Notes: generated by a model not told the origin, from the sequence alone. A stretch of 64,000 nucleotides of DNA from Octopus sinensis (GCF_006345805.1 NC_043006.1:23436001-23500000); one strand, 5' to 3'; shown: positions 1-12,539, counted from the stretch's first letter. A program made the numbers and translations.

Positions 1-169
1 ATGTGAATAGGTGCACACACTTTGGTGTATGCATCGACAGTTCAATCAACACCCCGACTCAACCACATATTTACAAACACCAGGAACTTTCTTAACTTAA
101 AAAGTCTTGTTGCTTTGTTAGCGACCGGTTTAAATTCTCTCAAGAACTTAGATAAAACTCATAGAAAAA

Positions 170-570
170 CATACATACGTACGTACGTACGTACGCACAT
201 ACATACATACATCATACATACATACATACATACATACATACATGCATACATACATGCATACATACATACATACATACATGCATACATGCACACATGCATA
301 CATACATACATACATACATACATACATACATACATACATGCATACATACATACATACATACATACATACATACATACATACATACGTACGTACGTACATG
401 CATGCATGCATACATACATACATACATACATACATACATACATACATACATACATTCATACATACATACATACCATACATACATACATACATACATACAT
501 ACATACACACATACATACACACAACATACATACATACATACATACATGCATGCATGCATACTTACATACA
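170..570. repeat. (TACA)n/(TGCA) microsatellite
   Basis: Direct tetranucleotide repeat; source of the HTYI/MYVC ORFs. Confidence 0.97.
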
Positions 571-597
571 CGTCTCAAACCACATTCGAAATAATTT

Positions 598-823
598 ATC
601 CTGTTCTTTTATTCTCTTTTGCTTGTTTCAGTCATTTGACTGTGGCGATGCTGGAGCACCGCCTTTAGTCGAGCAAATCGACCCCCAGGGCTTATTCTTT
701 TTTTAAGCCAAGTACTTATTCTATAGGTCTCTTTTGCCGAACCGCTAAGTTACGGAGACGTAAACTCACCAGCATCGGTTGTCAAGCGATGTTGGGGGTG
801 GGGGACAAACACAGACACACACA

Positions 824-857
<34 letters not shown>

Positions 858-975
858 ACACACACACACACATACACACACATATACATATACACGACGG
901 GCTTCTTTTAGTTTCCGTCTACCAAATCCACTCACAAGGCTTTGGTCGGCCTGAGGCTATATAGTAGAAGACACT
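598..975 (-). mobile_element. SINE family 3 (tRNA head, internal CA microsatellite, aagagtaa tail), 5'-truncated
   Basis: Shares cagtcatttgactg..gctggagcaccgcc..gaaccgctaag..ccgtctaccaaatccactcacaagg with the copies at 2262, 3836 and 54500. Confidence 0.85.
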
Positions 976-1354
976 AGCCATCAGCTAACAGACATGTTAT
1001 TTTTTCACCTTTTCTTTTGCTGTTGCTGTAACTGGCCACGGTCCTGTGACCAAGCCAGTGGGTATACTCTACACCCGAGTGCACCCAGTTTGTTCATCTT
1101 TCTACCTTGCTGTATTTCATCACCGAGATCTTGTGTTTAACTCTTTCCCAAATCCTCTCACCTCGTAACTATTGTCCTCTTAAAATCTCTCCTTGCTTAC
1201 TATTTTCCTTCCGAGATTGACTTAAAAGACCTTCAAACTAAAATGGCAACTTGAGAGCTGCTGGAGCATGGAACAAACTGCCGGCATCAGTTGTTAGTTG
1301 TCGGAGCACTGCATCCTTCAAAACTTCCATGCTTCCTGAGATTGTTAGCCCGTA

Positions 1355-1803
1355 AGGCATATTCTGAATGCCTTACTTCCCTGGACACATTGAAACTCCG
1401 ACGTCTGGCAGCTAACTTGGCATACACCCATAAAATTATTAACCATCTTACAAACAATAACTCTTGAGCACCTTTTCAAACTCCACCCGTGGACATATTT
1501 ACAAAGTCAGAAAACAGCACAGTTCCCATGACTTTAGAAAACATTTTTTTCACGCTGAGAGTTGCTGATGCATGGAACAAACTGCCGGCATCAGTTGTTA
1601 GTTGTCGGAGCACTGCATCCTTCAAAATTTCCATGCTTTCTGAGATTCACCAACACTACACCTGATTTTCTCCCCTCCATACACACGCAAGCATGTATCT
1701 GACTCATACACTGTTCACTTTCCAGACATTTGTACATTACTGCATATGCTTTATATGCACTTTTGACAAGTTCTGGTGCACCTGAGCACTGTATACAATA
1801 ATT

Positions 1804-1805
<2 letters not shown>
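1355..1805 (+). mobile_element. CR1/L2-type LINE 3' end with (TTA)n(GTA)n tail
   Basis: Frameshifted translation LDTLKLRRLAANLAYTHKII..RGHIYKVRKQHSSHDFRKHF..LRVADAWNKLPASVV matches the CR1 ORF2 C-terminus. A simple-repeat tail follows at 1806-1862. Confidence 0.8.
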
Positions 1806-1836
<31 letters not shown>

Positions 1837-2261
1837 GTAGTAGTAGTAGTAGTAGTAGTATTATATATCAATCTCACCATAAGGCCGGCAAATTTCTGGC
1901 AACAACTTAAAACACTCTTCGTCTGGCATATCGTGTGTGTGTGTGTGTGTATGTGTATGTGTGTGCGTGCGTGTGTGTGTACTGATTTATGCAAATAAGC
2001 ATTGTGGACCGCGCTCACGCATGCGTGTGTGGGGAGGGGTAGAGAAAATGAGAATGTTTGGAAGTGATTCTGAGAATATATTTGTGCGTATGTGAATGGG
2101 TGTGTGTGTGCGCGCGCGTGTATGTGTATGATAAAAGTAGTGATATATATATATATATTTTATATATAAGATATACATAATATGCATATATAATATATAC
2201 ATCTGTATCTAATATGTATATAATGTGTGTGTGTGAGTATAATAAAAATAGTGATATATAC

Positions 2262-2469
2262 TATTTTACTCTTTTACTTGTTTCAGTCATTTGACTGCGG
2301 CCATGCTGGAGCACCGCCTTTAATCGAGCAAATCGACCCCGGGACTTATTCTTTGTAAGCCCAGTACTTATTCTATCGGTCTCTTTTGCCGAACCGCTAA
2401 GTGACGGGGACGTACACACACCAGCATCGGTTGTCAAGCAATGCTAGGGGGACAAACACAGACAGACAA

Positions 2470-2501
<32 letters not shown>

Positions 2502-2615
2502 GCATATATACGACAGGCTTCTTTCAGTTTGCCCAAAATGTCACGCAGTGGGACTGAACCCGGAACCATGTGGTTGGTTAGCAAGCTACTTACCACACAG
2601 CCACTCCTGCGCCTA
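2262..2615 (-). mobile_element. SINE family 3 with internal deletion
   Basis: Same motifs as family 3; head is the reverse complement of aggcgcaggagtggctgtgtggtaagtagc. Confidence 0.85.
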
Positions 2616-2762
2616 TATACATCTGTATATAATATGTATATAATGTGTGTGTGTGTGAGTATAATAAAAATAGTGATATATATATATTTGTATTTTTTAT
2701 ATATAAGATATATATAATATACATATGCAATAGATACATATGTATTTTATATGTATATAATG

Positions 2763-2808
<46 letters not shown>

Positions 2809-3542
2809 ATCATGGTTGAAGTTGATCGTGTTTTGGTGAAGTGTTGAAATGATCCAAACATGAGGAGGAATTATGCCCCAACAGCGTTCACTGATGCCTT
2901 CTCTCGTTTTGTGTCTGCTGCTACGACAGCTGTGGAGATATTTAACAGCTGCCTGGAATAGTTGTCAGTTTAGTGCTGGTGTGGATAACCGTGGACAGAA
3001 ACGAGTGATCTTATTTATAGCTAAGCAAAAACACTGCTAATGAATGTATACACTTTTTTTTTTTTTATTAGCTTACGTTAGTAAAGACATGTTGGCTCCT
3101 ATTACCACAGCATCTAATCCCCACCTCTCTCTCTCTCTCCCCTAATTCGGGTGGATATACTCTGACAAGTGAGATAATCAGCTGACACTTGTCTTTCGTC
3201 ACATTAGTCAACCAATGAAGTGTCATAAATAGCTGAGAAATAAAAATATTAAAAAAAAAACAGAAACTTAAGTCTTGAGTTCGATGGATGTGAGTTTCAA
3301 AGTAAGCTGTTAATGGCTTTTCGTTACGTCCTCGTTCAAAGCATTGTTAGGATTCATTCCTCCTCCGGGTGCCTGAATATGGGTGGCAGCGAATGCTGAT
3401 TGAGTCATTAAAGTGCTAAATGAAGGTGTGACTAACCAACCATACCCCGAATCGACAATAAGAAAATTTTGACATAAAACAAATAAAACAAAAAACAAAG
3501 ATCCACGTTCATAGCAATGGCCTATCGTGGGATGGAAAGATG

Positions 3543-3770
3543 AGCTGGCAGAAGCGTTAGCGCGCCGGGCGAAATGCTTAGCGGTATTTCGTCTGCGTTA
3601 CGTTGTGAGTTCAAATTCCGCCGAGGCCGACTTTGCCTTTCATCCTTTCGGGGTCGATAAATTAAGTACCAGTTACGCACTAGGGTCGATGTAATCGACT
3701 TAATATCTATGTCTGTCCTTGTTTGTCCCCTCTGTGTTTAGCCCCTTGTGGGTAATAAAGAAATAGGAAA
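3543..3770 (+). mobile_element. SINE family 1
   Basis: gagctggcagaa..gttagc..gaaatgcttagcggtatttcg..gagttcaaattccgccgagg..cctttcatcctttcggggtcgataaattaagtaccag; more than 15 copies in the window. Confidence 0.85.
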
Positions 3771-3835
3771 GATACCTTGGCACGTTTGACCGTTTCGTTT
3801 CCATATTTCTGCTGAAATACACTGGCATTACTCTT

Positions 3836-4055
3836 ACCCTTTTACTCTTTTACTCTTTTACTTGTTTCAGTCATTTTGACTGCGGCCATGCTGGAGCACC
3901 GCCTTAAATCGAGCAACTCGACCCCGGGACTTATTCTTTGTAAGTCCAGTACTTAGTCTATCGGTCTCTTTTTGCCGAACCGCTAAGTGACGGGGACGTA
4001 AACACACCAGCATCGGTTGTCAAGCAATGCTAAGGGGACAAACACAGACACACAA

Positions 4056-4086
<31 letters not shown>

Positions 4087-4258
4087 CATATATACGACAG
4101 GCTTCTTTCAGTTTCCGTCTACCAAATCCACTCACAAGGCATTGGTCGGCCCGGGGCTATAGCAGAAGACACTTGCCCAAGATGCCACGCAGTGGGACTG
4201 AACCCGGAACCATGTGGTTGGTAAGCAAGTTACTTACCACACAGCCACACCTGCGCCT
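3836..4258 (-). mobile_element. SINE family 3, near full length
   Basis: Head with A/B-box-like motifs (rc ggttccgggttcagtccc), body and tail all present. Confidence 0.88.
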
Positions 4259-4609
4259 TGTTTCGTTAAATTTTAAAAAATAGAGAAGAAATTAGTAAAA
4301 TAACTTTGTTATTACTAATCTTGTGTTTGAAACTCAACACGAAATTTTGACGGATGGGTTTAAGAAACTTTTTGCATAGAACTAGGTGAGGGTAGTCTTG
4401 GGTGGGTTGGTATCAAAATAGTTAATACAAACCATGGCGTTTAACTCAGAGATTTTCATGATCCAGTATTTTCGGCCATAAACAAGATACCAAGGGAAGC
4501 TATAAATTGTGTGGATGCACAGAATTACGACAAATTTTATGTCACTTTGCAGTGCTGAACTCAAAATTGGTTAATGTAGAGTTCAGTGCTGTAAAAAAGT
4601 ACGAGTAAA

Positions 4610-4912
4610 TCTTTATATATAAAAGTGAAGTTGTGTGAGTGTCTGTCTCCTACGATTTAGATTCCTAACTACTCCCACATTTTGCGGTGCAGTTTAACCA
4701 AAAGCAGGTATCTTATAGTCGTGATTCATATCGAGCCCTTCTGGGTATTAGCGCGCGTCTATGATGAGTCTACGATTTAAAAAAAAATTTACCATCATTT
4801 TTTCCCATTTTTAATGCATTTTTTTGCTATTATATAAGGTAAGTAACTCTCTAAAAATGCTTATATAGTTATTTCCCTTACAAACCCGAGCAACGCCGGG
4901 CGATACTGCTAG
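4610..4912 (+). mobile_element. Non-autonomous Helitron (~300 bp)
   Basis: 5' TC, subterminal hairpin cccgagcaacgccggg, 3' CTAG, inserted between A and T with no TSD; near-identical to 8389-8690. Confidence 0.9.
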
Positions 4913-5039
4913 TCGTAATATAAACCGAAATGACGACAGTGAAATCCCATAATTTCATTATATTTATATAACTTGAAAACGATGTAAAGAACATACATAA
5001 ACCATTTTCACGGTCTTTGAACCTATTTTACCACATATG

Positions 5040-5300
5040 CTCATACAGATTCGATGTTCATAAAGCAATTTCCATTCACATTTGTCATTTGAGTTTCTTC
5101 TTGGCGCATCCATCGCCTTTCGACAGCCTGTGTATGCATTGTCGCATCATTAGATAAGCAAAAGTTAATGAATGGTTCAAAATTATGTGGTGGCCTAAAC
5201 TAACAGAGGAAGCCCACCCATCGGATATCAAACATGTCTCTGTGACTTTTCACTGGTGTTCGTTGTCGGGTTTACTACGTTGCAGTGGTGTACCTCAGCT
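5040..5300 (-). mobile_element. Merlin (IS1016/IS1595-like) transposase remnant
   Basis: Minus-strand translation ETCLISDGWAS..ILNHSLTF then, after a frameshift, NDATMHTQAVERRW; matches the Merlin SDxW..NH..HTQxxERxW motif order. Confidence 0.65.
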
Positions 5301-5349
5301 GCTATTTCAGAAATGCTCATATGTGTGATAGTGCAGAGTCTTAGTGAAA

Positions 5350-6032
5350 TACATATGGCCTTCTATTGCATACACTGTCTATCCAGGACTTACCAATTGT
5401 TTCCAGGACCTTAATGTAGGCGACAGAGTTAACTCTAAGGCCTTAAGGAATAGTAAGGAAGCATCATATGTCCTTCATTGCTGACAACCCCTAAAACCAT
5501 GACAGGCGCAAGAAATTTTGTATGCATAAAACTTGGAACTTCAGAAGGGTCTGCACATACCATCTGTCATTTTTTCTGTTAACTTTTTGATGTTGGTCGA
5601 AGTTTTTCTCGTTTGAGAAAAACCAAATTAAATCTTCTTCTGCTGGATTTTTCAGTTTGTTTAAGAGTTTTTAAATCTGATGTAGTGATCTTCTTTTGCG
5701 TTTTCTGACAAATTGACCTTTCATCATTATACAAGACATATCTGGTGTCTTCGTGAACAACATTTCTGACTGTTCCTTCTGACACAGATCTTTTGCAATT
5801 GACCTCATGGACTTTCTGGGACTGTAAACAATGGTCTCTTGAACTTGCTGGATAAATTCAGGTGTTCTGATGATTTCAGAGCGTTTAGAATGCTTTTTTA
5901 TGCTTTTTATGCTTTGATACTGGTGATACGTTTCCATCTTCAGTCTCTAACCCCTTACAAACTTTGTAGACGAAAGACCTGGCAACTTTTAAAAATCGAA
6001 ATATTTCTAAATCGCTATGCTCAACCTTTATA
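5350..6032 (-). mobile_element. Tc1/mariner maT (DD37D-like) transposase remnant
   Basis: Frameshifted RTPEFIQQVQETI..KSMRSIAKDL..SEGTVRNVVHED..EKNFDQHQKVNRKNDRW..ADPSEVP..MHTKF..VMVLGVVSNEGHMM. Confidence 0.8.
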
Positions 6033-6371
6033 ACCACAATTCTTGAGTAAGCTGATGATCTGCCATTATTAGTTTCTGAAACAAAGATTATACAGAGTTA
6101 ACAAAAAAATGCAGCAATGATCCCAAAAAGGTTTTCCTCAAATACCTTATGAACCCTGTATATATAGTCTCTCATCTACCATGATAATAAATCGAGTGTG
6201 TTGTGAAAACATTCGTCGTAAAGAAGAAGCTGTTCTCCTGTAAAGAAGACAACAGCGATAATCATATTTTCATTCAGGTCTACCGGAACGTATTAATAAT
6301 AAATATGCAAGTCATTGTTTCGATTCTCGCTGTTCTCGGTACAAACAATGATTTACTATGATAACGTTTAC

Positions 6372-6705
6372 AGTGAAGGTGCATGGCTCAGTAGTTAGAG
6401 CGTCGGGCTTACAATCGTGCGGTTGTAAGTTCGATTCCTAAACCGGGCTGTGTGTTGTGTTCTTAAACAAGACACTTCGTTTCACGTTGCTCCAGTTCAC
6501 TCAATTACAGAAAGGAGTCGCTACGTCACTGTATTTGCCGAGCTGTATTTGCCTTTGCCTTTGCCTTGAATAACATCAGTGGGGAGGCTAGTATGCATAG
6601 GCGACTGCTGGTTTTCCACAAACAACCTTGCCCAGACTTAAGCCTCGGAGGGGAACTTTCTAGGTGTATTCCCATAGGTATTCGTGACCGAAGGCGGTCT
6701 TAAAT
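6372..6705 (+). mobile_element. SINE family 2 (tRNA head plus CORE-like gtgttcttgagcaagacact)
   Basis: gtgaaggtgcatggctcagtagttagagcg..agttcgattcc head; same body at 7178, 57710 and 63815. Confidence 0.85.
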
Positions 6706-7177
6706 AATAATGTTGTCTATTGGTGTAGATTATTGTACATTGGCAGAACTCTAACTTGGCTGCCTACCGGTGCACATTCTTGTACATCACTATTGCTCTA
6801 ACTTGACTTCTTTTTTTTTTTTTGAATGGAAGAAGTCACGTCCATTGTGATACTGATGCGAATTCTCTTATCACTAGTTTACCAAGTAGAGAGAAGTCAA
6901 TGAGGTTGTATAATAATACCTAAACATACTTCGTGTTGCCTCCTGAGATCAGTTTAAATTAATATTAGTCATTGAGCAAATGTTTTCTTCTCTTCATCAC
7001 GTAATTATTATTGATTTAATTAATTTCATCGTCTTATTAATTATGAAGACTCTAACTCAGTGATTCTCAACCATGTGTTGCTTGTGGATTCCTTAGATTC
7101 TTATCTTACTTCTACTAGGCTCCCTTCGCCATTCCATGTAAATTTTAAAAATCCTACTGTATTTTTTTTTCTTTTGT

Positions 7178-8290
7178 GAAGGCGCATGGCTCAGTGGTTA
7201 GAGCGTCGGGCTTACAATCATGAGATAGTGGGTTGGATTCCCGAACCAGGCTGTGCACTGTGTTCTTGAGCAAGACACTTTATTTCACATTGCTCCAGTT
7301 CACTCAACTGTAGAAATGAATTGTGACGTCAGTAGTGCCAAGGTGTATCAGACTTTGCCTTTGCCAACATTGGTGGCATGGAGAGGGGAAGCTGGTATGC
7401 ATGGCGGCGAGCTGGCAGAAACGTTAGCACGCCGGGCGAAATGCTTAGCGGTATTTCGTCTGTGTTACGTTGTGAGTTCAAATTCCGCCGAGGTCGACTT
7501 TGCCTTTCATCCTTTCGGGGTCGATAAATTAAGTACCAGTTACGCACTGGGGTCGATGTAATCGACTTAATACCTATGTCTGTCCTTGTTTGTCCCCTCT
7601 GTGTTTAGCCCCTTGTGGGTAATAAAGAAATAGGTATTTCGTCTGCGTTACGTTGTGAGTTCGAATTCCGCCGAGGTCGACTTTGCCTTTCATCCTTTCG
7701 GGGTCGATAAATTAAGTACCAGTTACGCACTGGGGTCGATGTAATCGACTTAATACCTATGTCTGTCCTTGTTTGTCCCCTCTGTGTTTAGCCCCTTGTG
7801 GGTAATAAAGAAATAGGTATTTCGTCTGCGTTACGTTCTGAGTTCGAATTCCGCCGAGGTCGACTTTGCCTTTCATCCTTTCGGGGCCGATAAATTAAGT
7901 ATCAGTTACGCACTGGGGTCGATGTAATCGACTTAATACCTATGTCTGTCCTTGTTTGTCCCCTCTGTGTTTAGCCCCTTGTGGGTAATAAAGAAATAGG
8001 TATTTCGTCTGCGTTACGTTGTGAGTTCGAATTCCGCCGATCTCGACTTTGCCTTTCATCCTTTCGGGGCCGATAAATTAAGTATCAGTTACGCACTGGG
8101 GTCGATGTAATCGACTTAATACCTATGTCTGTCCTTGTTTGTCCCCTCTGTGTTTAGCCCCTTGTGGGTAATAAAGAAATAGGTATGCATGGGTGACTGC
8201 TGGTCTTCCATAAATAACCTTGCCCAGATTTGTGCCTCAGAAGGGAACTTTCTAGATGCAATACCATGATCATTCATGACTGAAGATCTT
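7178..8290 (+). mobile_element. SINE family 2 interrupted by a family-1 array
   Basis: The family-2 body stops at ggtatgcatgg (7393-7403) and resumes at ggtatgcatgg (8182-8192), giving an 11-bp TSD. Confidence 0.85.
7404..8181 (+). repeat. Head-to-tail array of four 183-bp SINE family-1 units
   Basis: Units start at 7450, 7633, 7816 and 7999 (ggtatttcg); only the first has the 5' head. Confidence 0.92.
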
Positions 8291-8388
8291 ATAACTGCAT
8301 TTTTATAATTAAACATCATTAGGAATTATATAAAAAGAAAAAAACATTGTTGAAATATTTCATATATTGTAGAAGTATTAACAGTTTA

Positions 8389-8690
8389 TCTATATATATA
8401 AAAGTGAAGTTGTGTGAGTGTCTGTCTCCTACGATTTAGATTCCTAACTACTCGCACATTTTGCGGTGCAGTTTAACTAAAACCGGGTATCTTATAGTCG
8501 CGATTCATATCGAGCCCTTCTGGGTATTAGCGCGCGTCTACGATGAGTCTACGATTTAAAAAAAAATTTACCATCATTTTTTCTCATTTTTAATGCATTT
8601 TTTGCTATTATATAAGGGAAGTAACTCTCTAAAAATGCTTATATAGTTATTTCCCTTACAAACCCGGGCAACGCCGGGCGATACTGCTAG
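8389..8690 (+). mobile_element. Non-autonomous Helitron (second copy)
   Basis: A|TC...cccgggcaacgccggg..CTAG|T. Confidence 0.9.
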
Positions 8691-9914
8691 TTGCAGATAA
8701 ACTTTAACGGCAAAATCTTATATGGACCCCTAAAGGTCATGGGGACCCTCGGCTGCGAACCACTGCAATTTCGCTTAAGGATAGAAAGTATTTATCGTCT
8801 CTTTAGGTGCAGCCGCACTGTAAAATTGACAACTTCATTTCTTCTTGTGAAACTCCACGACTCAGCATCAAACCAAAATTCTTCAATCGTGTCGGTCGTT
8901 CACTGGACTGGAACTGTCGTTCAGATTGTGATGGAATGTCAGGCCATGTGCAGCAATTCCCTTCTCTGTTCATTTCATCATGCACAAGTTTCGAACAGGA
9001 TCAATAACTCATACAAAATTATTATCGATGTACAAACATTGGCACCTTTACTAAAAGACTCTAAAACCAAGCTGAGGGTTGCTCATTAAAACAAAAGATA
9101 TTCTTGTTCTTTTCAATATTGCAACATATGTGCAGTGAAACTATCAAAATTGATTTCGAGTAATTCTAAACTTACAAGATCCAAAGGAAGGGGAATAACT
9201 TTGTAAAGGGAAATAATTCTTGCCCGATTTGATCTTTTTTTTTTTTTTTTCAATATATTTTTCTACGATCAGAGAAAACAATAATTTAAATCCTGCATTT
9301 AATTGTTACTTTATAGGCTTGTTTGTTTGTTTTTTTTGTCTTCTTTTTTTAGGTGTTTCACTCAGAAGCTAAAGAGGACCCTACAACATACCTAATGCCC
9401 GACAGATATTCGTTGATGGCACTACACACAAAAAGCAAAGGACTTTAACACTTTAACGGAGTAATTGAATTTGATGGTTATTCCAGTAATAATGTTAAAT
9501 AACTACCAAATAAAACACAATTGGTGTTTTCTGCTTCAAGAAACTTGACGTGTCTTATTTCTTAACAAAAAAAAAAACAGATTGGTTTATAAAACTGCTT
9601 TCTGCAGTTAAGAGTTACGGAATTTTGAGAGGGATATGTCTGATTTCCGCAGTAAAAGGGTTAAAGATTATACAGTAAAAGAAGTTATGATCACTGTTAC
9701 TGGCACTTTTACAATACAAACGGATTTTTGACGAAACTCAGCTTTAACTCCTTATAACTTTTTTATTTTATGATTTATTATTATTATTATTATTATTTTA
9801 ATTTTCGGAAAATTCTTGCGAATTTCAAACAATTATGGGGGGAAAAAAATTTTCTTAATTTTTTAAACCCCTACCACACCCCGCTCTTTTAGAATTTTTT
9901 ATGGGTAGAAAAAT

Positions 9915-10098
9915 ATTCTTTTCTACTCGAGGCACAAGGTCCGAAATTTGGGGGGAGGGGGGCAATCGATTAGATTGACCCAGTACGCAACTGGTACTTC
10001 ATTTATCAAACCCGAAAGGATGAAAGACAAAGTCAACCACGGTAAAATTTGAACTCAGAACGTAAGGACATACGAAATACCGCTAAGCATTTAGCGGA
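9915..10098 (-). mobile_element. SINE family 1, alternative tail
   Basis: Reverse complement of the family-1 core, with tail cccccaaatttcggaccttgtgcctcgagtagaaaagaata. Confidence 0.75.
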
Positions 10099-11960
10099 AA
10101 TTGAAAGAAACCCGATTATCTATCTATCTGTCTGTCCATTTGTCAATCAATCAATCTTTTTATCTAACTGCAGTTTCGATTATAAATGATCCATAAAGGA
10201 CCAGCGCATAGCAAAGTGAAGTAGGCCACTCATTGACTTGACAGAATCACGTAAAGCCGATTGTTAAGTAAGCCATGACTCTAGCTCATACATACATGCG
10301 TTCGTCTCTGTATTTATACCTCGCCATTGCTTAACGTCTGGTATTGGTTTGTGTACGTCTATGTGTGTATAAAGAGAGACAGACAGATCATAACAAATAC
10401 AAAAGAACATCTCAAACTTTGCTAAACAACGAAGCAATTGCTTGCATTTTCATCTCGAAAATGAAAAGAATTATCATAAGCGACCGTTTTCTTAACTATT
10501 TTGGATTCCTCACGCATCTGATTAAGACTTTAGCCAAAGCAAAGTTGTCACCCCTGAAATCTGTCCGACAATTTTCTAACAAAATACTTTCTTGAAGTTA
10601 CCTCTATTTATCACTTTTCATTTCTTTGCTCAGAAGTTCCCTATGAAAGCTCTACAATACTCCTTCTCTCTCTCCCCCAATCACAATTCTTTTATCATGC
10701 GTGTAACACAACAATAACGATTGGCTCTGTTAAATTGCTATTACATACTGCCATACAGATGCAAGTGCACTCCGCAATGTTCTCAGAAAACATCCTTCAC
10801 CAGGCCTGCAATGTAAACACAAATAAACGTGTGAGTGTGTGTGTGTATATATGTATATATGTGTGTGTGTGTGTATATAAAATGTCCCAAAATATATTAC
10901 ACTTTAATAGCTGATAATTCACTTCATTTTTATTTGGGGGGATTTAACCTATTATTAACTTAATGGTTAAAGCAATCAGCCAGTATCTGAGGGGTACAGG
11001 TTCAACTCCCATAGCCACCTACTGGCAACTTATATCAGTCTTATAAGTCTTACTCAATCTTACTCTACTCTTCTAACAGCTTGACTACGTTCAAGATTTA
11101 CTTTCTTGTCCATAAAATACCAACCACAAATGACACTTCTAAAGTTTATAAAATGTTATATAATTGATTAAATCCACATGACATATTCCAGCAGAAAACT
11201 TCTCAGAGAGCAGTGTTTCTGCTAGTTGTATACCAATGACAAAATACCAAGTTATGTCATTTACAACGATCAAGCTGTTCAACTTTTGGATTAATGCCCA
11301 GCTGAGCAAAATCTATCATCAAATAAATGCTTCAGCCCATATACACACACACTTACATGGAACTTTAACTATTAAACATTGTATATTGTCCAATGCATCA
11401 TTCCTTTTCTTTAAAACAACTGGCTGTAATTTGAAAGATATTTTGCCAACTTTAGCTAAATTATTATAGATATTGTATTTAGTAACATTAGCAAACTTAT
11501 TTCAATGGTATATTAACATGGTTAGATAAAGGATTGGAAATGTACACCAATATTTTTGTTAGAACAACTGCTAACCTGGTATTTAGACTATTCTAATGTA
11601 TTAAATGTTAAAACCAGCATCATTTGTATAAAATTTCAGCTGCAAACGATTCAAAGAGGAATCAATAAAACAAAAATAGCCATTTTCTGAATAATATTGA
11701 AATTACTTGTATGAAGGCATGTATCCTTCCTTGAAAAAGACAGGCTTCTTTCAGAGACCAAAATACTGAAGACAGGTCATTCACCACTGTCCATTTTAAT
11801 CAAGCTAGGAGGAGTCTGGCTGGAAGTTTTTGTCACCAAATATACATAGTTATTGCAACCTTTCACTCATATTCTGCCACAGGCAAATCAGAGTGGCCGG
11901 GGAAACTGGAATTAGTTTCATGTTGTCTTTAAGTGTTTTAAGCCTAGTGCACTCTTATTG

Positions 11961-11962
<2 letters not shown>

Positions 11963-12012
<50 letters not shown>
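11963..12012. repeat. (GA)n microsatellite in the probable CAPZB 3' UTR
   Basis: Direct dinucleotide repeat. Confidence 0.9.
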
Positions 12013-12014
<2 letters not shown>

Positions 12015-12371
12015 CATAGAAGGAATGAATGAAGAGGCTTATAGAAGAGAAAGATGCACTGATGTTCAGAGATAAACATTAATTCTAATAAAAAGTGAAA
12101 TAAGGATTTAAATTTTAAATAAAATTCAAAAGAAAAGTGTGTGTGTATTTATGTGTGTATAATTACATTAATCAACTTTCTTTTTATATATATATATAAT
12201 TTTAAAAAAAGGAGGAAAAGAGGAACAGTAAGAGAAGATAATGAAGACAATGATAATATCATTAATATTATATCATTATAGGTGTTATGTAATAATCCCA
12301 CCCGGCCGTATGGTAGCTTCTGCAGAGTTCGAATGAAAGCCGGAATTATGTTAGTTGTCTCCCTTGTAACA

Positions 12372-12539
12372 TCATAGCGTTTGTGGACGTTTTTGTAGAG
12401 CCATCACTAAGTCGTTGCGTAGTGCCTCTGCCTGCTTGCGATCTTGCAAGGTCTGACTAGAGCGAAGGCCATTCACAATATCCTTCGTTTTCCCAAGATA
12501 AATTTCACTAAGAGTGTTTCTAATTTTATTCTCCATATC
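12372..12539 (-). CDS. CAPZB: Terminal coding exon of F-actin capping protein subunit beta
   Basis: After the acceptor ttcaattatttctag|, the phase-0 frame reads [55 protein letters not shown] (55 aa). This aligns by eye with human [51 protein letters not shown]. Confidence 0.93.
   Translation of the reverse strand, partial: DMENKIRNTLSEIYLGKTKDIVNGLRSSQTLQDRKQAEALRNDLVMALQKRPQTL

Larger units (their letters stand above)
7058..8765. mobile_element. Possible hAT-type MITE split by nested SINEs and a Helitron
   Basis: Left cagtgattctcaacc and right ggctgcgaaccactg resemble Charlie TIRs, but the flanking 8-mers do not match as a TSD. Confidence 0.35.

Noticed and set aside
22-706. Long HTYI/MYVC ORFs, and similar ones at 48-51 kb and 59-61 kb
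   Set aside because: Microsatellite translations.
6372-6450. tRNA genes at SINE heads (also 7178, 44770-44843, 57710)
   Set aside because: No complete cloverleaf, and each runs into a SINE body.
7100-7135. ..GSLVE|gtaag resembling the preceding CAPZB exon
   Set aside because: It lies downstream of the last exon, inside a repeat, and the rest does not match.
9444-9664. piggyBac-like MITE between TTAA sites
   Set aside because: The TIR match is too weak.
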